Origin: Candidatus Zixiibacteriota bacterium | GTDB lineage: Bacteria; Zixibacteria; MSB-5A5; JAABVY01 | NCBI GenBank assembly: GCA_011056555.1 | Contig: DSEQ01000025.1 | Location: 3,736-67,735, forward strand | Reading direction: 5' to 3' | DNA length: 64,000 nucleotides | Part shown: positions 49,520-57,376 of the stretch, piece after piece | How the letters are laid out: every line of letters starts with the position of its first letter | How positions within the stretch are numbered: the stretch's first letter is position 1 | The notes under the pieces: model-generated | Told to the model about the DNA's origin: nothing | The model's database searches: none | What the model saw: only the letters and a program-made list of their open reading frames with translations | Translations under genes and position numbers: made by a program

Positions 49520-50279
49520 ATCCTCACCTCTTCCGTGGTAGCTTGAATTGGCCTTGAAGCTACCGGAGACAGCGTCTGAAAACAGGTTTAGCAAATCTCC
49601 GAACACCTCTATCCATAAAGCCCATTTTTAGCATGGCTCTTGATTGACACCCGATTCGAAACAGCAAAAATAATTCTGCTGCCCGCATTTTTATCAATCG
49701 ATTATCTTCAGAAAAATCAGATTTGATGATGTTGTTGGTGATATTGGCCCGGTTTCTAATTCCACTTTCGGTCTTATCAGTGCACAGTGAGATTCGTTGC
49801 ACTGCCAATCACCTCTTCCGAACTGAAATACTGCCCGGGGCTTGATTTTATACGATGCCCCTCACGCAGGGAGACCCAGTAAAAATGTATTGGGATTCTA
49901 CACTTAACGCTTTTTGGAATGTGGAATATAATGGGGGGCCACCCTTTTGGTTTATATTGAGCCGCGATCTCTCCACTACCGGCGGACTTATGATAACCAT
50001 AGTCAGGACAGAAAAATCCGCCATTGAATCTGGGGGATATGCCTGGCGTTAAACTGGATCTTCCCTGCGTGAAGGGCATACCGGCTTGTATGCGACCCCA
50101 TTCCTCGATTCTTTTACTCGGCTTCTCTTCAATTAAATGTAACAAGTTTTCTTTTCCCTCTTTTTCTTTGCTGACATAAGAAACGGGAATCTATCTGCAA
50201 AATCAATACTAATAGATTGTATAGATAATGCGTATTGCTGATACGCATTAGAGGAATTGAAGGTAATGTTTCTGCAGGT

Positions 50280-50948
50280 CTAAGCGTTCTTCTTTCGTGA
50301 GACCTGCTCGCGCAGCCAGTCACACCAGAGATTAAGGTTGTCTCCTGTGCGGCAGGAAATGCGCATGATATGCAGGCTGCCATTGATCTGCCGGGCATTC
50401 TTTTCAGCTTTATCGATATCGAAATCGGATAATCCCAGAAGATCGATCTTGTTTATCACCAGGGCTGATGACTTTCGAAACATGGCCGGGTACTTGAGCG
50501 GTTTATCATCCCCCTCGGTGGTACTGATCAGAACCACTTTCATATCCTCTCCCAGATCAAACCCGGATGGACATACCAGATTGCCCACATTTTCTATGAA
50601 AAGCAGATCGAGAGAATCGGTATCTATCTTCTCTAAGGCTTTGCCCAGCATGCGCGCATCCAGATGGCAGGCGCCCCCGGTTATAATCGGGCGGACAATT
50701 TTTCCGCCCGCACGCTCGAGCCTTATGGCGTCGTTCTCGGTCTGGACATCTCCTGCGATCAGGCCAATCCTGAATTCATCTTTCAAAAGCGAAAGCGTTT
50801 TTTCCAGCAGGCTTGTTTTGCCTGATCCCGGGGAGCTCACAAGGTTTAATGCCAATATTTTTCTTGCTCCCAGATCTTTTCTTATCTGAGCCGCCAGCTT
50901 ATCATTTTCAGACAGCACTTTTTCTTCTACCTGCACTCTCTCAGCCAT
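50280..50948 (-). CDS. hypB: hydrogenase nickel incorporation GTPase HypB
   Basis: GSGKT P-loop, CH motif, G-domain; 222 aa. Confidence 0.9.
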   Translation of the reverse strand: MAERVQVEEKVLSENDKLAAQIRKDLGARKILALNLVSSPGSGKTSLLEKTLSLLKDEFRIGLIAGDVQTENDAIRLERAGGKIVRPIITGGACHLDARMLGKALEKIDTDSLDLLFIENVGNLVCPSGFDLGEDMKVVLISTTEGDDKPLKYPAMFRKSSALVINKIDLLGLSDFDIDKAEKNARQINGSLHIMRISCRTGDNLNLWCDWLREQVSRKKNA

Positions 50949-50969
50949 GTTTTCCTCAATACTTCAATG

Positions 50970-51311
50970 CTACTCAAAAGTCAGATGTGTAATTATCAGT
51001 TCCTCACCCTTGCGGACTTCCACTTCGTAAGATCCGCACCCGGGACAGATAAAAACAAATTCATCAATTATAAACTCTCTGCCGCATGACCGGCAAACAG
51101 CCTCGATCGAAACAGTCTCGATTTTCAACTCTGTCCCCGAAAGCTCCGTTTCTTTCTTCAACATATCAAAGGCAAAGCGCAGCGATTCCGGGTCGATACA
51201 ACTCAATTTTCCGACTTTGACTCCGATCTCTTTTAAGACGTTGAAATTACGGCTCTGCATCTCCTGTTGGGAAAAACTGATTATCTCCCGGGCCACTCTC
51301 ATTTCATGCAC
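50970..51311 (-). CDS. hypA: hydrogenase nickel insertion protein HypA (probable GTG start giving MHEM...)
   Basis: MHE N-terminus and two CxxC pairs (CRSCG, CPGCG). Confidence 0.8.
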   Translation of the reverse strand: MHEMRVAREIISFSQQEMQSRNFNVLKEIGVKVGKLSCIDPESLRFAFDMLKKETELSGTELKIETVSIEAVCRSCGREFIIDEFVFICPGCGSYEVEVRKGEELIITHLTFE

Positions 51312-51434
51312 GCTGATATCCCGCTTGCAGCTTTTTATCTCCAAGCTACCGACGGGTAGGATATTGTCAAATGAAAAAATGTAATGACAGAATTATAAAT
51401 ATATCAGCCCGAAAACAGGAGGTCTGGAATGTTT

Positions 51435-52436
51435 TTAAGATGTCTTAATTTCATGGCACTTATCCGCGAGGGCGGTCAATTCCTCGTATCCCCATATGCC
51501 ACGGTCGTTAAGCAGTTTTGTCAGGTGTTTTGGAAGCGCTTCTTCGCCATTATGTGCTCCGGCTACAGCCCCGGTCATGGCACCCGTGGTATCTACATCC
51601 CCGCCAATAGAAACTGCGGTCGAAATCGCATCCCAATAGCTGTCCTTATAGCGCAAAAAGCTGTAAAGGCTCCAGAGCACGCTGCTTATCACGAAAGGTG
51701 ATATCCCCGGCCATCCATCAACATAATCCGGGGATTTACCGGCACGGCTAATAGGAGCAAGCGCCTTGTGCGGAGGCAGAAGTATCCAGTCTTTGAGCGC
51801 CAGAGTCAACTTCGAAAATTCGTCATCATAATAGGCCATCCACTTCGCGATATTCTCGATAAAAGCGTCAGTGTCTTCAGCCTGCCCGGTAAGAGCCATA
51901 GCTGTGGCCCCGGCAATGGCGACTGATCCCGCCGAACAGCGCGTATCCTTATGCGTTATCCAGCCCTGGGTATGGGCGACTTTTATCATTTCTTCGGCAT
52001 CATCATAATGGAACATCCCTACCGGTGCTGCGCGCATCGCTGTTCCGTTGCCGGCCGAGGGCGGCGGTTCTCCCGACCTCTTCCAGCTCACTCCTCTGGC
52101 GAGATTCCTTGCCGCTTTGGCCGTGGCCAGGCCCTGCCCTACGATACGGTTTTCACGGAAAATCGCCTCGATTCTCTCAGCATAATCTTTGGGATCAAAA
52201 CCGCCTTTTTCGATCATGCTCTCGAGCAGTTCACGGGCCAGCTGAGAATCGTCGGTATATTGCCCGGACCATTCAATCCGGTTCGGCTCAAAACCGTCAA
52301 ACCAATGCTTGGCCTTATTAAAAATGAAGCTGCTGCAGTCATTTTCATCACGGCCTTCAATCGGAAATCCAAGCGCATCGCCAAGGCACTGGCCGAGAAG
52401 ACATCCCCTGAACTTTGTTTTAGATGGTTTTAACAT
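51435..52436 (-). CDS. ADP-ribosylglycohydrolase family protein
   Basis: N-terminal GCLLGQCLGDALG and C-terminal DTD/GG metal-binding motifs of the ARH/DraG family. Confidence 0.8.
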   Translation of the reverse strand: MLKPSKTKFRGCLLGQCLGDALGFPIEGRDENDCSSFIFNKAKHWFDGFEPNRIEWSGQYTDDSQLARELLESMIEKGGFDPKDYAERIEAIFRENRIVGQGLATAKAARNLARGVSWKRSGEPPPSAGNGTAMRAAPVGMFHYDDAEEMIKVAHTQGWITHKDTRCSAGSVAIAGATAMALTGQAEDTDAFIENIAKWMAYYDDEFSKLTLALKDWILLPPHKALAPISRAGKSPDYVDGWPGISPFVISSVLWSLYSFLRYKDSYWDAISTAVSIGGDVDTTGAMTGAVAGAHNGEEALPKHLTKLLNDRGIWGYEELTALADKCHEIKTS

Positions 52437-52757
52437 ATAATCTCAGGATATATTAACACATGGATGCAGATAAAAAAAGCAATTTCTGCGACGATTTGAT
52501 TAGAAAGATCGCTTTCTCAAACAGCCCGGCTTACGGCTTTTAAGTTTTTTTTATTTTCTCAACTTTTTTCGTTATTCCTCAGCATTTTGAAGGCCCTTAC
52601 TGCATGAACAAAATTAATTTTATTCTTGTCTAATTTGAATGATTAATATATACTACAACAGGTTAGACATATTTTGAGATTGCGGAAAAAGGAGGTTTTG
52701 GAGTGTCAACAGGGCCGGAAACCCAATTAAAAAAAGTTGAAAAATTGTAAATTTAGT

Positions 52758-52785
52758 GTTGACAAGTGGTAAATATATAGTACAT
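52758..52785 (+). promoter_or_regulatory. sigma70-type promoter of small RNA 1 (TTGACA-N16-TACATT)
   Basis: Read directly. Paralogous to the promoter at 53237. Confidence 0.45.
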
Positions 52786-52791
52786 TTATGT

Positions 52792-52866
52792 TACCCCTTT
52801 CATTTAAACCTACCCTATAAGATGTGGTGTCTATGGACCGGCTCCTGCTAGCCGGTCTTTTATTTA
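52792..52866 (+). ncRNA. candidate small RNA, copy 1 (~75 nt) with its own promoter and an intrinsic terminator (gaccggc-N8-gccggtc + U-run)
   Basis: About 80% identical to copy 2 from the predicted TSS through the terminator. Shared blocks AAACCUACC and UGUGGUGUCUA. Confidence 0.5.
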
Positions 52867-53236
52867 TTTAAATATGAAAGTTGTGCAAAAAGAAATTCCT
52901 CTTATGCATCGCAGCAGTTTTCTTGCGCTATAAACGACAATTATCAGAAAAATTACACTACTGTTCGTCGACCGAGATCAGCCAGCATCAAAAATTTGAT
53001 CGGAACTATATAAATTCATCCCATCAAAGTCTTCCCCGTTTTAATCTTTAATTCCGAGATAGACATTTCATTCATTCAGGGTGCGATTCATCCTTGTTTT
53101 TTTGCATTTTGGGCATTAAATAGGATCCGGATACTTAAATCTCAAAGAACTCCGGACATTTAAGTTGATACGGACTATACTTTTAGAAATATTTCGCGGA
53201 TTAATGAAATTTTTTGATGATTCCGGTTCAAAAACA

Positions 53237-53265
53237 TTGACATCATGAATCCACATAATTATATT
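53237..53265 (+). promoter_or_regulatory. sigma70-type promoter of small RNA 2 (TTGACA-N17-TATATT)
   Basis: Near-consensus -35/-10 with 17-nt spacing. Confidence 0.55.
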
Positions 53266-53270
53266 CAGAT

Positions 53271-53342
53271 ACCCTTTTCGTTAAACCTACCTTAAAATTG
53301 TGGTGTCTAGGACCGGTTCCTACCTGCCGGTCCGCTTTTTTT
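53271..53342 (+). ncRNA. candidate small RNA, copy 2 (~72 nt) ending in terminator ggaccgg-N10-ccggtcc + U7
   Basis: Paralog of copy 1. Strong terminator. No ORF. Confidence 0.55.
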
Positions 53343-53435
53343 ATAATTCCAATAATGGAAACCAGTGAATTTAAACTTGTTGAATGAACTCGACTTTTGT
53401 ATCCTGTTTCTACTTATTTTATTTGGTGCCGGATA

Positions 53436-54878
53436 ATGGGTAATATGAAATGCTTCTGGAAGATATTTGTTGCGCTTTTGGCTTTGCTTTTAGTGTCGTG
53501 CGGTGGTCATGACAGATCCTCGGACGTCAAAGAAGTAAACCTGGATCTTGCTGCGATCAAAAAAAGCGGATCTCTGAGGGCTATAACCACCTATGGCGCC
53601 ACCAGCTACTTCATATATCGCGGGCGGCCGATGGGGTATGAATATGAGCTCTTGACACGTCTGGCCGAGCATCTCAATCTCAATCTGGAAATAGTGATTG
53701 CCAAAAATCTCGACAGCCTGATAAGCATGCTGAAAAAGGGCGATGGCGATATCATAGCTCATGGCCTGGCAATAACCCGGCAGAGAAAAGAACGGGTAGC
53801 ATTCGCCACCCCTCACACCGTCACCCGTCAGGTTCTGGTGCAGAGGCTGCCCGAAAACTGGCGCGATATGAAGCTGCACGAGATAGAAGACGCCCTGATC
53901 CGCAATCCGATAGATTTGATCGGCAAAAAAGTGCACGTGCGCAGAAATACGTCCTATTACCAGCGCCTTATTAATCTTTCCGAGGAGATAGGGGACGAAA
54001 TCGATATCGAACTTGCCCCGGGCGATCTTGCCACCGAGGATTTGATAGCAATGGTGGCTGAAGGGGAGATCGATTATACTGTCGCTGATCAATATATAGC
54101 GGCTATAAACAAGACCTATTATCCCGACCTCGATATAAAAACCGTCATAAGTTTTCCTCAGCGCATAGCCTGGGCTATCCGTAAATCCTCGCCGCAGTTA
54201 CTGGAAGCGGTAAATGACTGGATTTACGAAATGAAGAAGGGGCTGGATTATCATGTTTTATATAACAAATATTTCAAGAACACAAAGGCCTTCAAACGGC
54301 GTAAAGAATTCTCTTCATACCCCGGGGGCAGGATTTCGGCCTATGATGATCAGATCAAGAAGCATGCCGCTATGCTTAATTGGGACTGGAGCCTGCTGGC
54401 TTCCATGATTTATCAGGAATCGAGATTCGATCCCGAGACGGAATCATGGGCTGGTGCAAAAGGCCTGATGCAGCTCATGCCTGCCATGACCGAGCGATTC
54501 GGGTTAGAGGACCCATCCGATCCGCAAGAAAACATTGAAGCCGGTACCAGGTATCTTCTCTACCTAAAGGAGCTGTGGGGAATAATCCCGGACAGTCTGG
54601 AACGCATAAAGTTCATCCTGGCCTCATATAATGTGGGCGAAAATCATGTCAGTGACGCCCGGCGGCTGGCCGATAAATATGGCGCCGACCCTGATCTCTG
54701 GGAAGGAAATGTCGCCAAATACCTGCGCCTGAAATCGAAGAAAAAATATTATAACGATGCAGTGGTAAAATACGGTTACTGCCGAGGCGATGAGCCGTAC
54801 AAATATGTCAAGGAGATATTTGAAAGATACGAGCACTACCGCAGGGTGATTGAGTTTAATTCAAAGCCGGGGACTTAG
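53436..54878 (+). CDS. mltF: membrane-bound lytic murein transglycosylase F-like lipoprotein (SBP_bac_3 domain + SLT domain)
   Basis: Lipobox LLVSCGG; periplasmic binding domain; SLT catalytic region (ESRFDPETESWAGAKGLMQLMP). Confidence 0.8.
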   Translation: MGNMKCFWKIFVALLALLLVSCGGHDRSSDVKEVNLDLAAIKKSGSLRAITTYGATSYFIYRGRPMGYEYELLTRLAEHLNLNLEIVIAKNLDSLISMLKKGDGDIIAHGLAITRQRKERVAFATPHTVTRQVLVQRLPENWRDMKLHEIEDALIRNPIDLIGKKVHVRRNTSYYQRLINLSEEIGDEIDIELAPGDLATEDLIAMVAEGEIDYTVADQYIAAINKTYYPDLDIKTVISFPQRIAWAIRKSSPQLLEAVNDWIYEMKKGLDYHVLYNKYFKNTKAFKRRKEFSSYPGGRISAYDDQIKKHAAMLNWDWSLLASMIYQESRFDPETESWAGAKGLMQLMPAMTERFGLEDPSDPQENIEAGTRYLLYLKELWGIIPDSLERIKFILASYNVGENHVSDARRLADKYGADPDLWEGNVAKYLRLKSKKKYYNDAVVKYGYCRGDEPYKYVKEIFERYEHYRRVIEFNSKPGT

Positions 54879-55474
54879 TTTCTTTTCTTGCCGAATTTCG
54901 AAAGGTAGTCAACCACGCCGTCAGTGGTCGGTTTCATGCCTTGCCTGCCTTCTTCCCAGTTGGCCGGACAGACATTGCCGCTCTTCTCATGAAACCTGAG
55001 GGCATCAACCATGCGAAGCGCTTCCGGGATGCTCCGTCCGAGCGCATTGTCATTGACTACACAATGGCGAATGATACCTTCCTTATCTATCAGGAACAGT
55101 CCCCTGAGGGCGGTTCCATCGCTCAGAAGCACGCCGTAGTCCCGGGCGATGTTTTTTTTGAGGTCGGACACCAGGGGATAGCGAATCTGACCTATACCGC
55201 CCTGATCGACCGCGGTCTTTTTCCAGGCCAGGTGGGTATACTCGGAATCCACTGAGACACCTACCACCTCGGTCTCCCTCTCCCTGAATTTATCCAGAGC
55301 CTCTTCGAAAGCCAAAATCTCCGAGGGGCAGACGAAAGTGAAGTCAAGCGGATAAAAGAACAGTATTACATACATGCCGCGCATGGATGAGAGATTGAAT
55401 CTGGCAAAGCTGTTATCGCCCATGACAGCGGTGGCTATGAAATCGGGGGCCTCTTTGGTCACCAAGAATGACAT
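54875..55474 (-). CDS. peroxiredoxin (typical 2-Cys Prx, AhpC/TSA family)
   Basis: Peroxidatic Cys motif FTFVCPSEI and a resolving Cys near the C-terminus (VCPANW). Confidence 0.9.
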   Translation of the reverse strand: MSFLVTKEAPDFIATAVMGDNSFARFNLSSMRGMYVILFFYPLDFTFVCPSEILAFEEALDKFRERETEVVGVSVDSEYTHLAWKKTAVDQGGIGQIRYPLVSDLKKNIARDYGVLLSDGTALRGLFLIDKEGIIRHCVVNDNALGRSIPEALRMVDALRFHEKSGNVCPANWEEGRQGMKPTTDGVVDYLSKFGKKRN

Positions 55475-55493
55475 TTAAATATCCTGTCTATGC

Positions 55494-55524
55494 AAATCCA
55501 TGCCGGTCATCCCGGCATGGATTT
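55494..55524. other. 13-bp perfect stem-loop (aaatccatgccgg-tcatc-ccggcatggattt) between the small ORF and prx
   Basis: Read directly. No U-run, so it is probably an intercistronic RNA structure rather than a terminator. Confidence 0.4.
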
Positions 55525-55570
55525 ATTTCCAGATTAAATTCATGACGCTATCCTGCGCCCTCTCAGATCT

Positions 55571-55744
55571 TTAGTCGTTCTGAGGATTGGCGGATTCGTC
55601 GACGCAGATCATCTTAAGCTGATCTTCATTACCCTGATCAATATGCTTCAGGGAGTCGACCGGGCAAAGGTAAGTATTGCCTGAATCGGCCTTGATCCAC
55701 TTTACGCTCAATTCTTTCTTGAACTCTTTCATCTCTTCTGTCAT
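55571..55744 (-). CDS. unlisted 57-aa small protein (MTEEMKEFKKELSVKWIKADSGNTYLCPVDSLKHIDQGNEDQLKMICVDESANPQND) between trx and prx
   Basis: ATG preceded by RBS AAGGAG at 8-nt spacing. Coding-like composition. Co-oriented inside the trx-prx oxidative-stress operon. Confidence 0.5.
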   Translation of the reverse strand: MTEEMKEFKKELSVKWIKADSGNTYLCPVDSLKHIDQGNEDQLKMICVDESANPQND

Positions 55745-55839
55745 GCCATTTCTCCTTTTTCTAATTATTGATTCTTCGCAGCATTGCGAATATTTTTAAA
55801 ATAGATAAACCTCTTTAATTTTTAGATGGTTCCCGGCAA

Positions 55840-56211
55840 TTATTCCATTTCTTCCTGATTCTCGATATGGGCCCGCACCTCATCCATATCCACCCCCATA
55901 GCCTGATTAACCACACCCTCCAGACCGGACTCATCCAGATAACCGGGCTGCATGAAAAGCATAATCTCATCCCTGAAGAGAATTAACGTGGGGATATGCT
56001 CCACCCCCAGTTTGTCGGTTGCCTCCTTCTGCTCCTGAGTATTGAGCTTTGCGAAGGTATATTCAGGAAATTTCTCCGCCACTTTTTCAAAAACCGGTTG
56101 AAATTCCTTACAGGCTCCACACCAGGGGGCCCAGCAGTCAATCACAAGGATTTCTGAATTAGAAAGCAGCTCATTGAAATTTTCTTTAGTCAGATTAATC
56201 AGGTTCATCAT
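55840..56211 (-). CDS. trx: thioredoxin (active site WCGAC)
   Basis: Thioredoxin fold motif VIDCWAPWCGACKEFQP; 123 aa. Confidence 0.85.
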   Translation of the reverse strand: MMNLINLTKENFNELLSNSEILVIDCWAPWCGACKEFQPVFEKVAEKFPEYTFAKLNTQEQKEATDKLGVEHIPTLILFRDEIMLFMQPGYLDESGLEGVVNQAMGVDMDEVRAHIENQEEME

Positions 56212-56306
56212 ATCCCTTCTAATGTACTAGCTCGGTAACCCGGATAATACCGCATTGGTTCCGGCGAAAAGAAAATAAAAATAGAAAAAAACTCTTGACA
56301 AACAGG

Positions 56307-56316
56307 AGTAATTACT
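56307..56316. promoter_or_regulatory. perfect palindrome AGTAATTACT inside the divergent trx/perR promoter region (candidate PerR/Fur-type box), adjacent to TTGACA at 56295
   Basis: Read directly. AT-rich dyad resembling PerR-box half-sites (TTATAAT-N-ATTATAA-like). Confidence 0.35.
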
Positions 56317-56336
56317 AAATAGTAGCTGTTGGCAAA

Positions 56337-56816
56337 ATGGCAGAAGATCAACTACAATCATTTTTAAATCGCTGCCGGGAGCATGGGCTCAAGATCACTC
56401 CCCAGCGCACGGCCATATATGAAATGCTCTGCGGTTCGCGGAAGCATCCCACGGCCGAGCATATATATGCGGAAATCAGGAATAGCTATCCGAATATCTC
56501 ATTTGATACTGTTAATCGAACCCTGAAAACATTCGCAGAGATCGGCCTGACCGGCGTAGTCGAGGGTCACGGCGGGCCGCGCCGTTACGATCCCAACCTT
56601 GAGAGCCACCATCATATCCATTGTGTCCGATGCCGTGAGATATTTGATTTTCAGAGCGACGAGCTGGATAACCTGGAAATCCCGCCGGAAATCAAACAAG
56701 AATATAGAATTTTAAACAAGAGAGTTGTACTGAATGCGGTATGCAGGAGATGCCGCAGAAGGAGCCATATCAAAAAGCAGAGGCAGAAAAAAGGAGCAAG
56801 CAATGAGCAAGACTGA
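56337..56816 (+). CDS. perR: Fur-family transcriptional regulator (PerR-like)
   Basis: Winged-helix N-terminus; HHHIHC and CxxC (CVRCREI, CRRC) metal sites. Its 3' end overlaps the rubrerythrin start by 14 nt. Confidence 0.8.
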   Translation: MAEDQLQSFLNRCREHGLKITPQRTAIYEMLCGSRKHPTAEHIYAEIRNSYPNISFDTVNRTLKTFAEIGLTGVVEGHGGPRRYDPNLESHHHIHCVRCREIFDFQSDELDNLEIPPEIKQEYRILNKRVVLNAVCRRCRRRSHIKKQRQKKGASNEQD

Positions 56817-57330
56817 TGAAAACCTGAAAGCCGCTTTTGCGGGAGAATCCCAGGCCCGCAACAAATACACCTTTTTTGCCCAGGTGGCCAGGAAAGAGGG
56901 CCTGCATTACATCGCCAAGATCTTTGAGGAAACCGCCGAGAACGAAAAGCGTCACGCCAAGGATGAATTTGTGCTGTTGGATGGTCTCGGCGATACGGCG
57001 GCCAATCTGGATGAGGCCATCAACGGCGAGCAGTACGAAACCATCACCATGTATCCCGAGTTCGCTGAACAGGCCAAGGAAGACGGCAATATGGCGGCCG
57101 CCCGGCTTTTTATGCAGATTGCCAAAGTGGAAGCGCATCATCGCGACCGCTACCGGAAATTACTGGAAAGAGTAAAAAACGGTACCGTCTATAAGCGTGA
57201 TGAGCCGATCAAATGGAAATGCAGTGTCTGCGGTTATATCCATGAAGGCACCCAGCCTCCCGGAAAATGCCCCTGCTGCCAGCATCCCAAAGAATATTAC
57301 GAACCGGCGGACATGGAAACCGATATTTAG
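56803..57330 (+). CDS. rbr: rubrerythrin
   Basis: Di-iron ferritin-like EX(n)H motifs plus a C-terminal rubredoxin-like CSVCG...CPCC. Start at MSKTDENLKAAF. Confidence 0.9.
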   Translation: MSKTDENLKAAFAGESQARNKYTFFAQVARKEGLHYIAKIFEETAENEKRHAKDEFVLLDGLGDTAANLDEAINGEQYETITMYPEFAEQAKEDGNMAAARLFMQIAKVEAHHRDRYRKLLERVKNGTVYKRDEPIKWKCSVCGYIHEGTQPPGKCPCCQHPKEYYEPADMETDI

Positions 57331-57376
57331 GAGCATCCGGGGCAGCGGTTCATATCTGCGGACGTATTTAACGGAT

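Noticed and set aside
49780-50100. RNase P, SRP, tmRNA or 6S RNA in the ppsA-hypB intergenic region
   Set aside because: Conserved blocks (CR-I AGGAAAGUCCGGGCUCC, CR-V ACAGAACCCGGCUUA, SRP GGAA-tetraloop domain IV, tmRNA GGGG.../...CUCCACCA) are not present on either strand. Kept only as an unclassified structured region.
49777-50145. 122-aa minus-strand ORF and 65-aa plus-strand ORF in the ppsA-hypB gap
   Set aside because: Non-ATG start, no SD, W/P/G-rich low-complexity composition. They overlap predicted RNA helices.
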